A stretch of 64,000 bases of DNA from Octopus sinensis (lineage: Eukaryota): positions 6,510,001 to 6,574,000 of the forward strand of contig NC_043022.1 in NCBI RefSeq assembly GCF_006345805.1, in the 5' to 3' direction. A program made the translations under genes and the position numbers. Of the stretch, positions 50,333-61,946 are shown piece after piece. Position 1 is the first letter of the stretch, and every line of letters starts with the position of its first letter. The notes beneath the pieces were generated by a model. It saw only the letters and a program-made list of their open reading frames with translations, was not told the DNA's origin and did not search any database.

Positions 50333-50637
50333 TTAACCCCTTACCCGGCAGAAACGAATATATTCGTTTTGACCGAAATCGTTTTTTTCTATCTCTGGCG
50401 AGTTAACTCGTCAAAAGATAGACTCGCCAAAATCGACAGCAAACGAGTTCCTTCGTCTAAAAACGGGTTAACTCGTTTCTGCCCAAAGCGGTAATTTAAA
50501 ATCAATATTATTGAATTAAAATTCATAATAAATAAGGTTTGAAATATACCTCGAAATCACCATTCAAAACATAGTATTAAAAAATATGTCTGAAAAAATA
50601 CATTTATTTTCAAAATAATTGTTGGGTAAGGGGTTAA
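50333..50637. mobile_element. piggyBac-type MITE family B (~300 bp)
   Basis: TTAA flanks, CCCCTTACCC...GGGTAAGGGG terminal inverted repeats. Confidence 0.8.
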
Positions 50638-50865
50638 ACCTATGTGAAATGCCTCCCTATTCACAAAAAAGTCTGTTACCCAATATATGACAGGCTTCTT
50701 TTTCAGTTTCCATCTACCAAATCCACTCACAAGGCTTTGGTCAACCCAAAGCTATAGCATGCCCACAGAATGGGAGTGGGGATCCAGAAACGTGGGGTTG
50801 GGAAGCAAGCTTCTCACCACATTATTATTGTTCTTAACCAAAATAAGGAAACAAACAATATTTAC

Positions 50866-50983
50866 CTGCCATCCCCTCCGCCTCCACCATCGTCGTCAGC
50901 TTGTGGGTCTGTGCCACTTGTCTGTTGATACAAGAACCTGTAGAAGCCACTCAGGTCTTTCTGTTTGGTAACGTCCAACAAAG
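50866..50983 (-). CDS. NSRP1: NSRP1 exon (LDVTKQKDLSGFYR motif)
   Basis: Acceptor cccctgtccag, donor AG|gtaaat; 118 nt, phase 1 to 2; (A)LLDVTKQKDLSGFYRFLYQQ nearly matches the human NSRP1 motif. Confidence 0.95.
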
Positions 50984-51578
50984 CTGGACAGGGGGGAGAA
51001 AAAAAAAGAAACAAAAGTCAGACAAAAAAAACCCCAGAGAAAGGCAAAGAAAAAAAGCAATAAAAATCAAATACATATGGTTGTTGTTGTTGTTTAGCCT
51101 AAGATCAGCCCTGACTGAGCAAATGATCAAAGATATTCCAGCCATGAATGATTATTATGATGATGATGATGATAACTATCACAGCTGTGTTTTTTTTTTA
51201 ATAGATCTATGTCCTTCCATCTTTTAAGATGGCTGCTTGTGATTAGAGGGAAATTTGGCTGTTATTTTTAGCAAGTCTGCAAAAACTGAATAAATGTTTT
51301 CTTTATTAGCTTGACAAGTGTTCAGGTTATGTAAACAACATCTTCACAATATGCAAGTAATATAACCATACATCTTTCCAGCCATGGCTCTCATGTCATG
51401 GACACAGATTTAGAACAACAACAACAGTAGCAGTTTCTGATTCGGGTACATGGTCAGCAATTTTGAGGGGAGGGGTCAGCTGATTAAGTTGACCTCAGTA
51501 TTTCACTGCAGAGTAATAATAATAATAATGATTTCAAATTTCGGCACACGGTCAGCAAGTCAAGGGGAGGGAGTAAGT

Positions 51579-52246
51579 CAACCCCAGTACTCAACTGGTA
51601 CTTAATTTATTGACCTTGAAAGGATGGCAGGCAGAGTCAACCCCAGCTTGCCACCTTAATAATAATAATAATCCTTTCTACTATAGGCACAAGGCCTGAA
51701 ACTTTGGGAGAGGGGAAAGATGATGACATCAACCCCAGTGTTTCACTGGTACTAAATTTGAACGCAGTATGAAATGGCAGACAAAATACTGCTAAGCAAT
51801 TCGCCAGGCATGCTAACGATTCTGCCAGCTCACCATCTTATATAATAATAATTTCAAATTTTTGCCACAGGAGCAGCTTGAGGAAGGTGGGGATGAGTCA
51901 AATCAACCCCAGTGTTCAACTGGTACTTATTTATTGACCTTGAAAGGATGGCAGGCAGAGTCAACCCCAGCTTGCCACCTTAATAATAATAATAATCCTT
52001 TCTACTATAGGCACAAGGCCTGAAACTTTGGGAGAGGGGAAAGATGACATCAACCCCAGTGTTTCACTGGTACTAAATTTGAACGCAGTATGAAATGGCA
52101 GACAAAATACTGCTAAGCAATTCGCCAGGCATGCTAACGATTCTGCCAGCTCACCATCTTATATAATAATAATTTCAAATTTTTGCCACAGGAGCAGCTT
52201 GAGGAAGGTGGGGATGAGTCAAATCAACCCCAGTGTTCAACTGGTA
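51579..52246. repeat. ~325-bp tandem duplication of decayed SINE family 2 pieces
   Basis: CAACCCCAGT...CAACTGGTAC units at 51579, 51904 and 52225 (partial). Confidence 0.85.
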
Positions 52247-52462
52247 CATATTTTATCAACCCCAAGAGACTGAAAGACAAAGCCAACCTCAGTGGAATTT
52301 GAACTCATAAGATTGTAACCATGTAAAGTAATTACGGAGATGTACTCGCATAGCAAGTGACTTGATGTGAGATCGTGTGCTGAAACGAAAACAATTGCAG
52401 CGTGGAAGGTGTTTATAAGCCATTTAAGAAACACACAAAAGCCGTTCAATTCACTTCAACAT

Positions 52463-52691
52463 TTAACCCTTTAGTGTTCGCATTATTCTGCCATAATTAA
52501 AGCTTTTTCATCCACATTGCTTTGAACTAATCATTCATTATCTTGTAGCTATGAGATTTTGATGAGGTAGCTGTTAATTTTTCAAACGATATTGTAGGGT
52601 TGGTGTGAGAGACCAGATATGGCTAGTTTGAACATAAAACAGGCAGAATACTTTTGGCCGGATATGGCCGGTTTAAATGCTAAAGGGTTAA
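52463..52691. mobile_element. piggyBac-type MITE family A inserted at a TTAA in the palindrome arm
   Basis: TTAA duplicated; the opposite arm has a single TTAA, which shows the empty site. Confidence 0.85.
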
Positions 52692-52697
52692 GTTTAA

Positions 52698-52747
52698 TTT
52701 GTCAAAATATTTTCGTCGCTAAAATCCGCGACCTGTTCACTGACAAA
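52698..52747 (-). ncRNA. Minimal hammerhead motif, G3:C8 core variant
   Basis: Minus strand: uuuguca GUGAACA g-gucgc-ggauuuua-gcgac GAAA auau UU ugacaaa; 7-bp helix I, 5-bp helix II, A-[AUAU]-U helix III. Confidence 0.55.
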
Positions 52748-53170
52748 AATCCGTGCTGCATCACGGTCGCGGATTTTAGCGACGAAAATATTTTGACAAA
52801 CTAAACTTAAATGTTGAAGTGAATTGAACGGCTTTTGTGTGTTTCTTAAATGGCTTATAAACACCTTCCACACTGAAATTGTTCATGTAAAGTAAATATA
52901 ACAAAAAATCCTGAATCCTTGTCCAGTACCGGATCGATTCCAAAAATCTAATCAGTGTGTGCCAGTCATGAGGCCAAACATCCCTGAGAGTTTCATCTGA
53001 ATCCATCCAGCTGTTCTTGAGATATCTTGTCTGTAGACAAACAAACAAATGAGAGAGAAAACAATACCTCTGCTTTCGCTAAGGGACAGGTAATAAAACG
53101 ACGATCACTACCATTGTTGTCTCACTAATTAGCACCCCAACAATTAGCACATTAAAGCATCCTCATTTAC

Positions 53171-53378
53171 CTTCCATCTCGGCTTCTTTCTTTTCTCTCT
53201 CTTCTTCTTCCTGTAGTTCCAGTAGCTTCTTCTTGTAGGCTGATGTAACAAACTCCTCTTTGTCTTTAAACTCTTCACCCTCCGCCTCACGTTCCTGCTG
53301 GATCTTCCTCTCTGTACGTTTCTCCTGTTCCTTCTTCCGACTCGCGGCCGCTTTCAATAGACCCTCAATATACTTGGG
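53171..53378 (-). CDS. NSRP1: NSRP1 exon (DUF2040 coiled-coil core)
   Basis: Acceptor ttgtctctgcag, donor G|gtaaat; 208 nt; PKYIEGLLKAAASRKKEQEKRTERKIQQEREAEGEEFKDKEEFVTSAYKKKL, the family signature. Confidence 0.97.
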
Positions 53379-53693
53379 CTGCAGAGACAAACAGAGTCAC
53401 AGGGATTTCATTAAAAATTGGCCAAAGAAGAGATTAACTAATTAAGGCACTAACTTTGACACAAGACAATTAGAACAGACCCAGTCTCATAATATTTATA
53501 TATATATTTATTTATATATATATATGTGTATGTATGGATATATATATATATATATAAATATATATACATACACAAATATATATAACTATTTATATATATA
53601 TATATTTATTTATATAATAAATATTAGGTAATAAACCCAAACTTACAAGGAAAAATCAGATTTAGGATTGAATCCAATTTTATAGTAAAATAT

Positions 53694-53937
53694 TATATTA
53701 TATTAAATTAGAGACAAAACCACTATTAGGCAAATCAAACAATGAAAAACTTAAGCCAATACATAAGATTAATTTATATTATTTAAATATGTAACAATTA
53801 TTAAAAAACGATCGTAGTGGATATTGATTATATTTTTTAATAATTGTTACATATTTAAATAATATAAATTAATCTTATGTATTGGCTTAAGTTTTTCATT
53901 GTTTGATTTGCCTAATAGTGGTTTTGTCTCTAATTTA

Positions 53938-53947
<10 letters not shown>
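53694..53947. repeat. 115-bp inverted repeat with 24-nt spacer in (TA)n
   Basis: 53694-53808 is the reverse complement of 53833-53947. Confidence 0.85.
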
Positions 53948-53982
<35 letters not shown>

Positions 53983-54450
53983 ATACAAATATATATAACT
54001 ATTTATATATATATATATATATATATATTTATTTATATATTTATATATATATATATATATTCATTACAGATATAGGGTGAAATATAATTAATTTAATACA
54101 ATCAACAAATTTCACCTAGTAGTATTTCGGTATGGAAAAGGACCATATTCGGTAAAAATTTATATAATTATAATAATAAGGGTTTTTTGCAACAAGTTGC
54201 TTAACCACATACCGGAAATTTTAGTTACAAATATTGTTGTCTGTGGAGACAACAATATTTGTAACTCACATATGGCAAAAAAAAAAAGAAGAAAAATAAT
54301 GAAATCACGTGGTAAAAATTCTGGAGGGAAATACGAATTCACTTGTCTATATAAATGTGGATATGCTGATTGGCTTTTATATTTTTCGATGTCGATTGAT
54401 CGAAAATATAGGAGGTAGGTTTTCCTAGCATTTCTAGATTTATAGAAATA

Positions 54451-54971
54451 CTAGCAGCATAGCCCGGCGTTGCCCGGGTATGTAAGAGCCCCTAGTAGGC
54501 AACAACTAATCCCAATCTAGTTGTTTCCCTCTAATTTCCTGCCAATTTGCGAAAGATATTGTCGAAAATATGTCATCTTGAATTTGAACGCGATTTCCCA
54601 AAATGGCATGATTTTATTGATTTTTTCTGATGGTAAGGTATTGCATGGAAAACTAACGTCAGAATTAAGTTTCTTAGGGTAACATTAAGCTTCACCATGA
54701 GTTTGGTGAAAATCGATTGCAAGTTGCGAAAACTACAACAGAAAATGTGTTGCATATAAAAAGCTTAGATTCTCAACCCCATGTCGAATTTATCAATTTT
54801 TTTCAGAACTGGGGGAACTTTACAAAATTTTTCGCTGCGTTAGTTTTGAATTATGACATTGGGCTATGTGTGTGTCAAGTTTCATCAGAATCGGTTGAAA
54901 GCTGTTGTCAGGATGAGGGTACAACCTGACAGACACACACACAGACAAACTGCCATTTATATATAGAGAGA
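54451..54971 (-). mobile_element. Non-autonomous Helitron (~520 bp)
   Basis: Minus strand begins TC (54971) and ends CTAG (54451); GC-rich subterminal hairpin CCCGGGCAACGCCGGG (54463-54478); inserted between host A and T with no TSD. Confidence 0.75.
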
Positions 54972-55028
54972 TTATGTTGATAAAGGAAATGAGTCTTTGA
55001 TTCTAATCCAGAAACGTACGTCCATAAT
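54971..55028 (+). ncRNA. Minimal type I hammerhead motif, U3:A8 core variant
   Basis: auuaug UUGAUAA a-gga-aau-gaguc-uuu-gauuc-uaa-ucc-a GAAA cguacg UC cauaau; 6-bp helix I, palindromic helix III, canonical GUC triplet (55020-55022). Confidence 0.7.
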
Positions 55029-55159
55029 TAACCGAAGACTGTTTGATTTCATTATTTTTCTTCTTTTTTTTTTTGCCATATGTGAGTTACAAATATTGTT
55101 GTCTGTGGAGACTTATTTTTGTAGTAAAAGGAATTAGTAGTCTTTTGGCTGCTATTTCT

Positions 55160-55164
55160 AACAA

Positions 55165-55197
<33 letters not shown>

Positions 55198-55777
55198 CGA
55201 CGGGCTTCTTTCAGTTTGCGTCTACCAAATCCACTCACAAGGCTTTGGTCAGCCCGAGGGTATAGTAGAAGACACTTGCCCAAGGTGCCACACAGTGGGA
55301 CTGAACCCGGAACCATGTGGTTGGTAAGCAAGCTGCTTACCACACATCCACTCCTATGCCTACTCTCTCTTTACTCTTTTACTTGTTTCAGTCATTTGAC
55401 TGCGGCCATGCTGGAGCACCGCCTTTAGTCGAGAAAATCGACCCCGGGACTTATTCTTTGTAAGCCCAGTACTTATTCTATCGGTCTCTTTTGCCGAACC
55501 GCTAAGTGACGGGGACGTAAACACACCAGCATCGGTTGCCAAGCAATGCTAGGGGGACAAACACAGACACACAAACACATGCACACACACATATATATAT
55601 ACATACATATATACGACGGGCTTCTTTCAGTTTCCGTCTACCAAATCCACTCACAAGGCATTGGTCGGCCCGGGGCTATAGCAGAAGACACTTGCCCAAG
55701 ATGCCACGCAGTGGGACTGAACCCGGAACGATGTGGTTGGTTAGCAAGCTACTTACCACACAGCCACTCCTGCGCCT
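55160..55777 (-). mobile_element. Two adjacent SINE family 1 copies
   Basis: Partial copy 55160-55341 plus full copy 55343-55777. Confidence 0.8.
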
Positions 55778-56256
55778 ATATATATATTTATATATATATT
55801 TATTTATTATAATTTATTTATATATATTTATTTATATATTTATTTATATATATATATTTATATATATATATATCTTCCACCAATATATATCCATGAATTT
55901 CTTGTCAAGGAGACTAAAACCAATATTACACAAATTGGATTTGGCCTAGATACCCCTATGTACTTACACACTGACCCAGATACCCTGAATAGACATACTT
56001 AACCCAGATACTCTGTATAAAGAGAAGAAACTTGACTGAGGTACAACTGGGCCACGTATCTCATATTTGTGGGTGTATGCTAGTATGTTTGTGTATGTGT
56101 GCATCTCGAGATATAATATGAAAAGTAAAGTACAAACAAGATAAAAGTACAGAGGACATCAAAGAAAATAATTTAGAAATAATACAAAATTAAAATGGAA
56201 GTGGAAAAGAGAGCAAGAAAATTATGAAAAACAAAAGTCCACTTCGTGATCAATAT

Positions 56257-56497
56257 CCTACAAAGTCAGAAAACAACACAGCTCCCATGACTTTCGGAAA
56301 CATTTCTTCACGCTCAGAGTTGCTGAAGCATGGAATAAACTGCCTGCGTCAGTTGTTGACTGCCATGACACTGCATCCTTTAAGGCCCTCATGCTTTCCG
56401 AAATCCGTCGAAACTACACCTGATTATATATGCACTTTAGATGAGTTGTAGTGCACCTGAGCACTGTACACAATGTTTATTATTATTATTATTATTA
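56257..56497 (+). mobile_element. CR1 3' end (subfamily A)
   Basis: Matches 15400-15652. Confidence 0.8.
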
Positions 56498-57268
56498 TCC
56501 TGCAAGATTCAGCAGAAAAAAACCCCCCAGTTTAGTATTTCTATTGTTGTTCCTATCATTTGATGTCCATAGTAGTCTAATGGTCTTCACAAACTCTATA
56601 CTACCTGGGAAGGCTCACCCCCCACCCACCACCCTGTTACTGTTAAATACAAGATTACTGGAACGTTAGTCACCCTGATTAGAGTTGCGATAGATACTGG
56701 GTGGTTTCCTCGCCAGACAGGTGGCAATTGAACCCAGAATATAGAGAGCACTGGTAAGTTTGGAGGCAGACATAAGTTGATCATAGTGACCCCCAATATT
56801 CAACTGGTACTTATTTCATTGACTCTGCAAAGTTGACCTCAACAAAATTTGAACTCAGCATTGTGTTGTGCTGGAGAAGAAGATCCAAAAAGCCGAGCAA
56901 AATCTCAGCCGTGGCAGATACCGGTGTCACACAAATTGGCACCCATGCCGATGGCACATAAACACACCCAGTGTCACACAAATGGTACCTGTGCGAGTGG
57001 CATGTAAAAGTACCTATTACACTCTCGGATTAGTTGGCATTAGGAAGGGCATCCAGCCATAGAAAACCATGCCAAATCAGTCTGGAGTCTGGTGCAGCCT
57101 TCCAGCTTACCAGCCCCAATCAAACAGTCCAACCCATGCCAGCATGGACAATGGACGTTAAATGATGATGATGATTATGAAGGTAAAGATGGACGAAATG
57201 TTGCTAAGCATTTTCCAGACAAGATAACAACACTGCTAACTTGCTGCTTTAAACTACTAAATAATTAC

Positions 57269-57560
57269 TCGACTGGCTTCCGTGTCGGTGGAACGTAAAG
57301 AGCACCATCTGAATCGTGGCCGAAGCCAGTGCCGCCTCGACTGGCTTCCATAAAATGCACCAATCCGACCGTGGCACGTAAAAAGCACCCACTACACTCA
57401 CGGAGTGGTTGGCGTTAGGAAGGGCATCCAGCTGTAGAAACGTTGCCAGATAAGACCGGAGCCTGGTGCAGCCTTCTGGCTTCCCAGATCCCCGGTCGAA
57501 CCGTCCAACCCATGCTAGCATGGAGAACGGACGTTAAACGATGATGATGATGATGATGAT
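57269..57560 (+). mobile_element. SINE family 3
   Basis: Family core and tail. Confidence 0.75.
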
Positions 57561-57702
57561 TCAAAAGAAGGAAAAGAATGGTGTTACTTTTATTTTAAGC
57601 CTTCAGATTATATTCTGTCAAACGTAGTAATGCTTATTTATTCAAATTGTTTGGAATTAATTCTTTTAGAATGTCATTGTAGGGTAGATGTGAAAGGCCA
57701 GA

Positions 57703-58092
57703 TTTGGTCAGTTTGAACACACAACAATATTTGAGCCAGATATGGTCAGTTTGAACACACAACAATATTTGAGCCAGATATGGTCAGTTTGAACACACAA
57801 CAATATTTGAGCCAGATATGGTCAGTTTGAACACACAACAATATTTGAGCCAGATATGGTCAGTTTGAACACACAACAATATTTGAGCCAGATATGGTCA
57901 GTTTGAACACACAACAATATTTGAGCCAGATATGGTCAGTTTGAACACACAACAATATTTGAGCCAGATATGGTCAGTTTGAACACACAACAATATTTGA
58001 GCCAGATATGGCCAGTTTGAACACACAACAATATTTGAGCCAGATATGGTCAGTTTGAACACAACAATATTTGAGCCAGATATGGCCAGTTT
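57703..58092. repeat. ~10 x 38-bp tandem array derived from the MITE-A subterminal region
   Basis: Unit TATGGTCAGTTTGAACACACAACAATATTTGAGCCAGA, period 38. Confidence 0.92.
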
Positions 58093-58117
58093 AGATGCTA
58101 ACGGATTAAATACATAC

Positions 58118-58246
58118 CTTTTTGTCTGCTTTGGTTTTTAACAAAAGATCAGTTTTGATTTTCTCTGATTGTATGTCATCGTAGATTTTGTCGTATTCAT
58201 AAACTGAAGGATCATCCTGCAATGCTTTATCAATCTCTAGCTGTGC
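58118..58246 (-). CDS. NSRP1: NSRP1 exon
   Basis: Acceptor ttgtgttgcag, donor AAG|gtatgt; 129 nt, phase 0-0; AQLEIDKALQDDPSVYEYDKIYDDIQ matches human TKLEIQKALAEDATVYEYDSIYDEMQ. Confidence 0.95.
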
Positions 58247-58378
58247 CTGCAACACAACATCAGGGGCTTTAATAATTTGCTTTTTACAATGGAAAGATAC
58301 TTTGAGTAGGATGGGGAGGTTTACAAGAATTCAAAGAACTCAGAGGACAACATTTAAATCTTCCTTAGATCTGTATAT

Positions 58379-58782
58379 ACTCTTTTTACTCTTTTACTTG
58401 TTTCAGTCATTTGACTGCGGCCATGCTGGAGCACTGCCTTTAGTCGAGCAAATCGACCCCGGGACTTATTCTTTGTAAGCCCAGTACTTATTCTATCGGT
58501 CTCTTTTGCCGAACCGCTAAGTGACGGGGACGTAAACACACCAGCATCGGTTGTCAAGCAATGCTAGGGGGACAAACACAGACACACAAACACACACATA
58601 TATATATATACATATATACGACAGGCTTCTTTCAGTTTCCGTCTACCAAATCCACTCACAAGGCATTGGTCGGCCCAGGGCTATAGCAGAAGACACTTGC
58701 CCAAGATGCCACGCAGTGGGACTGAACCCGGAACCATGTGGTTGGTTAGCAAGCTACTTACCACACAGCCACTCCTGCACCT
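58379..58782 (-). mobile_element. tRNA-derived SINE family 1
   Basis: Full-length copy. Confidence 0.8.
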
Positions 58783-59231
58783 ATATGTGAGGAATGAAAC
58801 TAAAACTTAAGTTTTTATTACAAATGTGAGATGCTTTCACAGAATTCTTGTGGTTATGAAGTTTGCTTGCCAACTACATGGTTCCTAGTTCAGTCCCACT
58901 AGATGTCACTTTGGGCAAGAGTCTCCTCCTATAGCCTTGGGATCAACCAAAACCTTGTGAATGGATTTGACAGAGGGAACCTCAAATAAGCCCACTGCGT
59001 GTGTGTCCGTGTGTCCTTGTTTTGTGATTGTGTGATCGTTGGAAACAAGTACCACCATCATACAAGTGATGGTGTTAGTTTCTAATCTTACACGAAAACA
59101 AGTTCAGCCAGGGAATGAAATACTATCTTATTTAGAAAGAGGTGAAGGTTGGCTACAGGAAGGACATCCAGCCATAGACAATCTGTTTCAACAAGTTCCA
59201 TCTGGCTCAGGCAAGTATGGAAATGTGGATG

Positions 59232-59552
59232 TTAACCCCTTACCCGGCAGAAACGAATATATGCGTTTTGACCGAAATCGTTTTATTTCTATCTCTGGCG
59301 AGTTAACTCGTCAAAAGATAGACTCGCCAAAATCGACAGCAAACGAGTTCCTTCGTCTATTATAAACTCTTTTTTGACATATACGAGTATATTCGCTCAC
59401 TTTATACGTCTGGCAGTGACAATGAGTCCTTTTGATTTTTTTTCTTTGTATATAGATGAAAGAGTTATAGAGCATGTATTGACTGAAACTAATAAAAAAT
59501 ATGTCTGAAAAAATACATTTATTTTCAAAATAATTGTTGGGTAAGGGGTTAA
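59232..59552. mobile_element. piggyBac-type MITE family B
   Basis: TTAA flanks and CCCCTTACCC TIRs; interior partly differs from the 50333 copy. Confidence 0.8.
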
Positions 59553-59912
59553 AACAATGAGAATGATATGGAAGGGTTATGACAAGTCTGTGAGTCAATA
59601 TGGGGAACCGATTATTGGTCAGTCACCTCCCCACTCACATACAAAAAGAGAAAATACCACCACCATTTAACACCCATTCTCCATACTGGCAAGGGTTGGA
59701 CAGTCTGTTAGGAGCTGGCAAGGCTTAGAGCTGCACCAGGCTCTATTGTGTGTTTTGACTTAGTTCCTATGGCTGGAGGCCCTTCCGATAATGTACTGCA
59801 TGCTTTTTATGTGGCACCATCATCAGTGCTTTTTATGTGACACCAACGTAGGTTCTTGTTATGTGACACCAGCATGAATGCATTTCATGTGGCACCAATA
59901 CAAGTGCTTGTT

Positions 59913-60017
59913 ACATGGTACTAACACAGGTGTTTGTTAAATGGTACTAACACAGGTGTTTGTTACATGGTACTAACACAGGTGTTTGTTACATGGTACT
60001 AACACAGGTGTTTGTTA
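59913..60017. repeat. 4 x 26-bp minisatellite
   Basis: ACATGGTACTAACACAGGTGTTTGTT units. Confidence 0.9.
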
Positions 60018-60868
60018 TGTGGCATCAGCACAGGCTCCATATACAACATATTCGGTTTTAAATAACCATAACCTATGATTGAAATCTGAAACTAGACCTA
60101 ATGACACGTGTCCTGCATTCTAACAGAAAATGTTTTGCCCTTCATCAAGCTGAACTGGACAGACTTAACAAAAACATTCGATGGACTTACCATTCTTTTC
60201 CAGACATTCAAACTGGCTCTGTATTATCAAACAGCTCTTCTTTTCTTTATAAACAAATATGATGTTCGGTGGCATGTGAAAAGCACCCATTACACTCTTG
60301 GAGGGGTTGGCTCTAGGGAGGGCATCCAGCCATAGAAACCATGCCAAATCAGACTGGAACCTGGTACAGCTCTCTGGCTCATCAGTTCCAGTCAAACCAT
60401 CTAACCCATGCCAGCGTGGAAAACAGACACTAAATGATGATGATGGACATTTGGCTGTTCTTTCTAATTGGTTGAGCAACCACACATAGTTTTCCTGGTT
60501 ATCTTGTCCTAACACTGGTTTTTCAATAATGGCATGGGCGCAAGAAGTAACCTAGCATTAAAACCTTCAAAATCACACCAAATGCCAGGCTTCACAATCT
60601 CTCAAAATCTTTCCTAGTGGTCGACATAAACCTGCACCCAAAACAAAAACCCTTCCTCTTCAAGACTACAAAATACTTGACCTCCAATCAGCAGCTGACC
60701 ATCATCAAAATTTAAGCAACACTAGAGGGCAGCACCTATACTCATTTGTTACAGAAGACGTACACAACCTGGGAGGGGGGAGGGGACCCACCCATCCCTC
60801 CATCTATTCTCTCTGGTTATATTTAATTTAGAGTTTAAAAAGTAAAAAATTTACGAATCATTTCTTAC

Positions 60869-60934
60869 CTGTTTTTTCAGTTTGTTTTTTCGAGATTCTT
60901 TCTGTAATGACGTACTGAATACACCTTGTTCATC
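60869..60934 (-). CDS. NSRP1: NSRP1 exon (most 5' coding exon visible; earlier exons off right edge)
   Basis: Acceptor tctcctctctag, donor CAG|gtaaga; 66 nt, phase 0-0; DEQGVFSTSLQKESRKNKLKKQ resembles human DETSVSESLQREAAKKQAMKQ. Confidence 0.85.
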
Positions 60935-61725
60935 CTAGAGAGGAGACAAGAACGACAAAAATATTATTACTGTATTAATTAATGGTTAGGGTGTGGCACT
61001 CACGATCATCAGACTGTGGGTTCAATTTCCAGATCAAGCAGCCTGTTGTGTTCTTGAGCAAAACGTTTTTTATCTCACATTGCTCAAGTGCCGTGGGTGA
61101 ACCAGCATGTGTCGCAAAGGGTGACCCAAAACAGACCCGTGGGTTGCAGGGTTGTCACCTGAGTAGTGCAAAGGTACCATCCTGTCACAGCACATGTCCT
61201 TCTACTATTACTACTACTACAACTACTACTTTGTATTAATGAATTAGTGTTATTGTACTGATTAATAAATTTTACTCTATCAATTAGGAGTAATTCTGTG
61301 GTTGTTTAACCCCATGTCATTGATGACTGAGCAGACATATGATCAAATGTGTTCCATCTTTGACCATCCATTAGTTTTAGGAGTATCCCACATTATCCCA
61401 TGTTTTTCCAAGGGAGATTTACCTTCATTTCTAGCAACCATGTTGAGGCTCCCTTGAGGTGGTACTGACCTCACTACTAATTGCTTTGTAAGCCTGGTAC
61501 TTATTCTATCAGTCTCTTCTGCCAAACTGCTAAGTTATGGGGACATAAACACACCAACACTGGTTGTCAAGTGGTGGTGGGAGACAGACACAAACATAAA
61601 ATGCTTTTGTTGGCCTGAGGCAATAATAAAAGGCCAAGGTGCCATGCAGTAGGACTGAACTGGCAACCATGAAGAGAAGCCAACTTCTCACCACACAGCC
61701 ATGCCTTGCACCTAATAAACATTAT

Positions 61726-61946
61726 AAGGCGACGAGCTGGCAGAAACGTTAGCGCACCGGGCGAAATGCTTAGCATTAGACGTTCTGTGTTCAAATTCCG
61801 CCGAGGTCGACTTTGCCTTTCATCCTTTCGGGGTCGATAAATTAAGTACCAGTTACGCACTGGGGTCGATATAATCGACTTAATCCGTTTGTCTGTCCTT
61901 GTTTGTCCCCTCTGTGTTTAGCCCCTTGTGGGCAGTAAAGAAATAA
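61726..61946 (+). mobile_element. SINE family 2
   Basis: Family consensus match. Confidence 0.75.

Larger units (their letters stand above)
52390..52883. mobile_element. Penelope-like palindrome interrupted by a MITE
   Basis: Left arm (52390-52466 plus 52692-52733) is the reverse complement of 52765-52883. Confidence 0.6.

Noticed and set aside
57703-58092. CRISPR-like regular 38-bp periodicity
   Set aside because: The units are contiguous with no unique spacers, the context is eukaryotic, and there are no cas genes.
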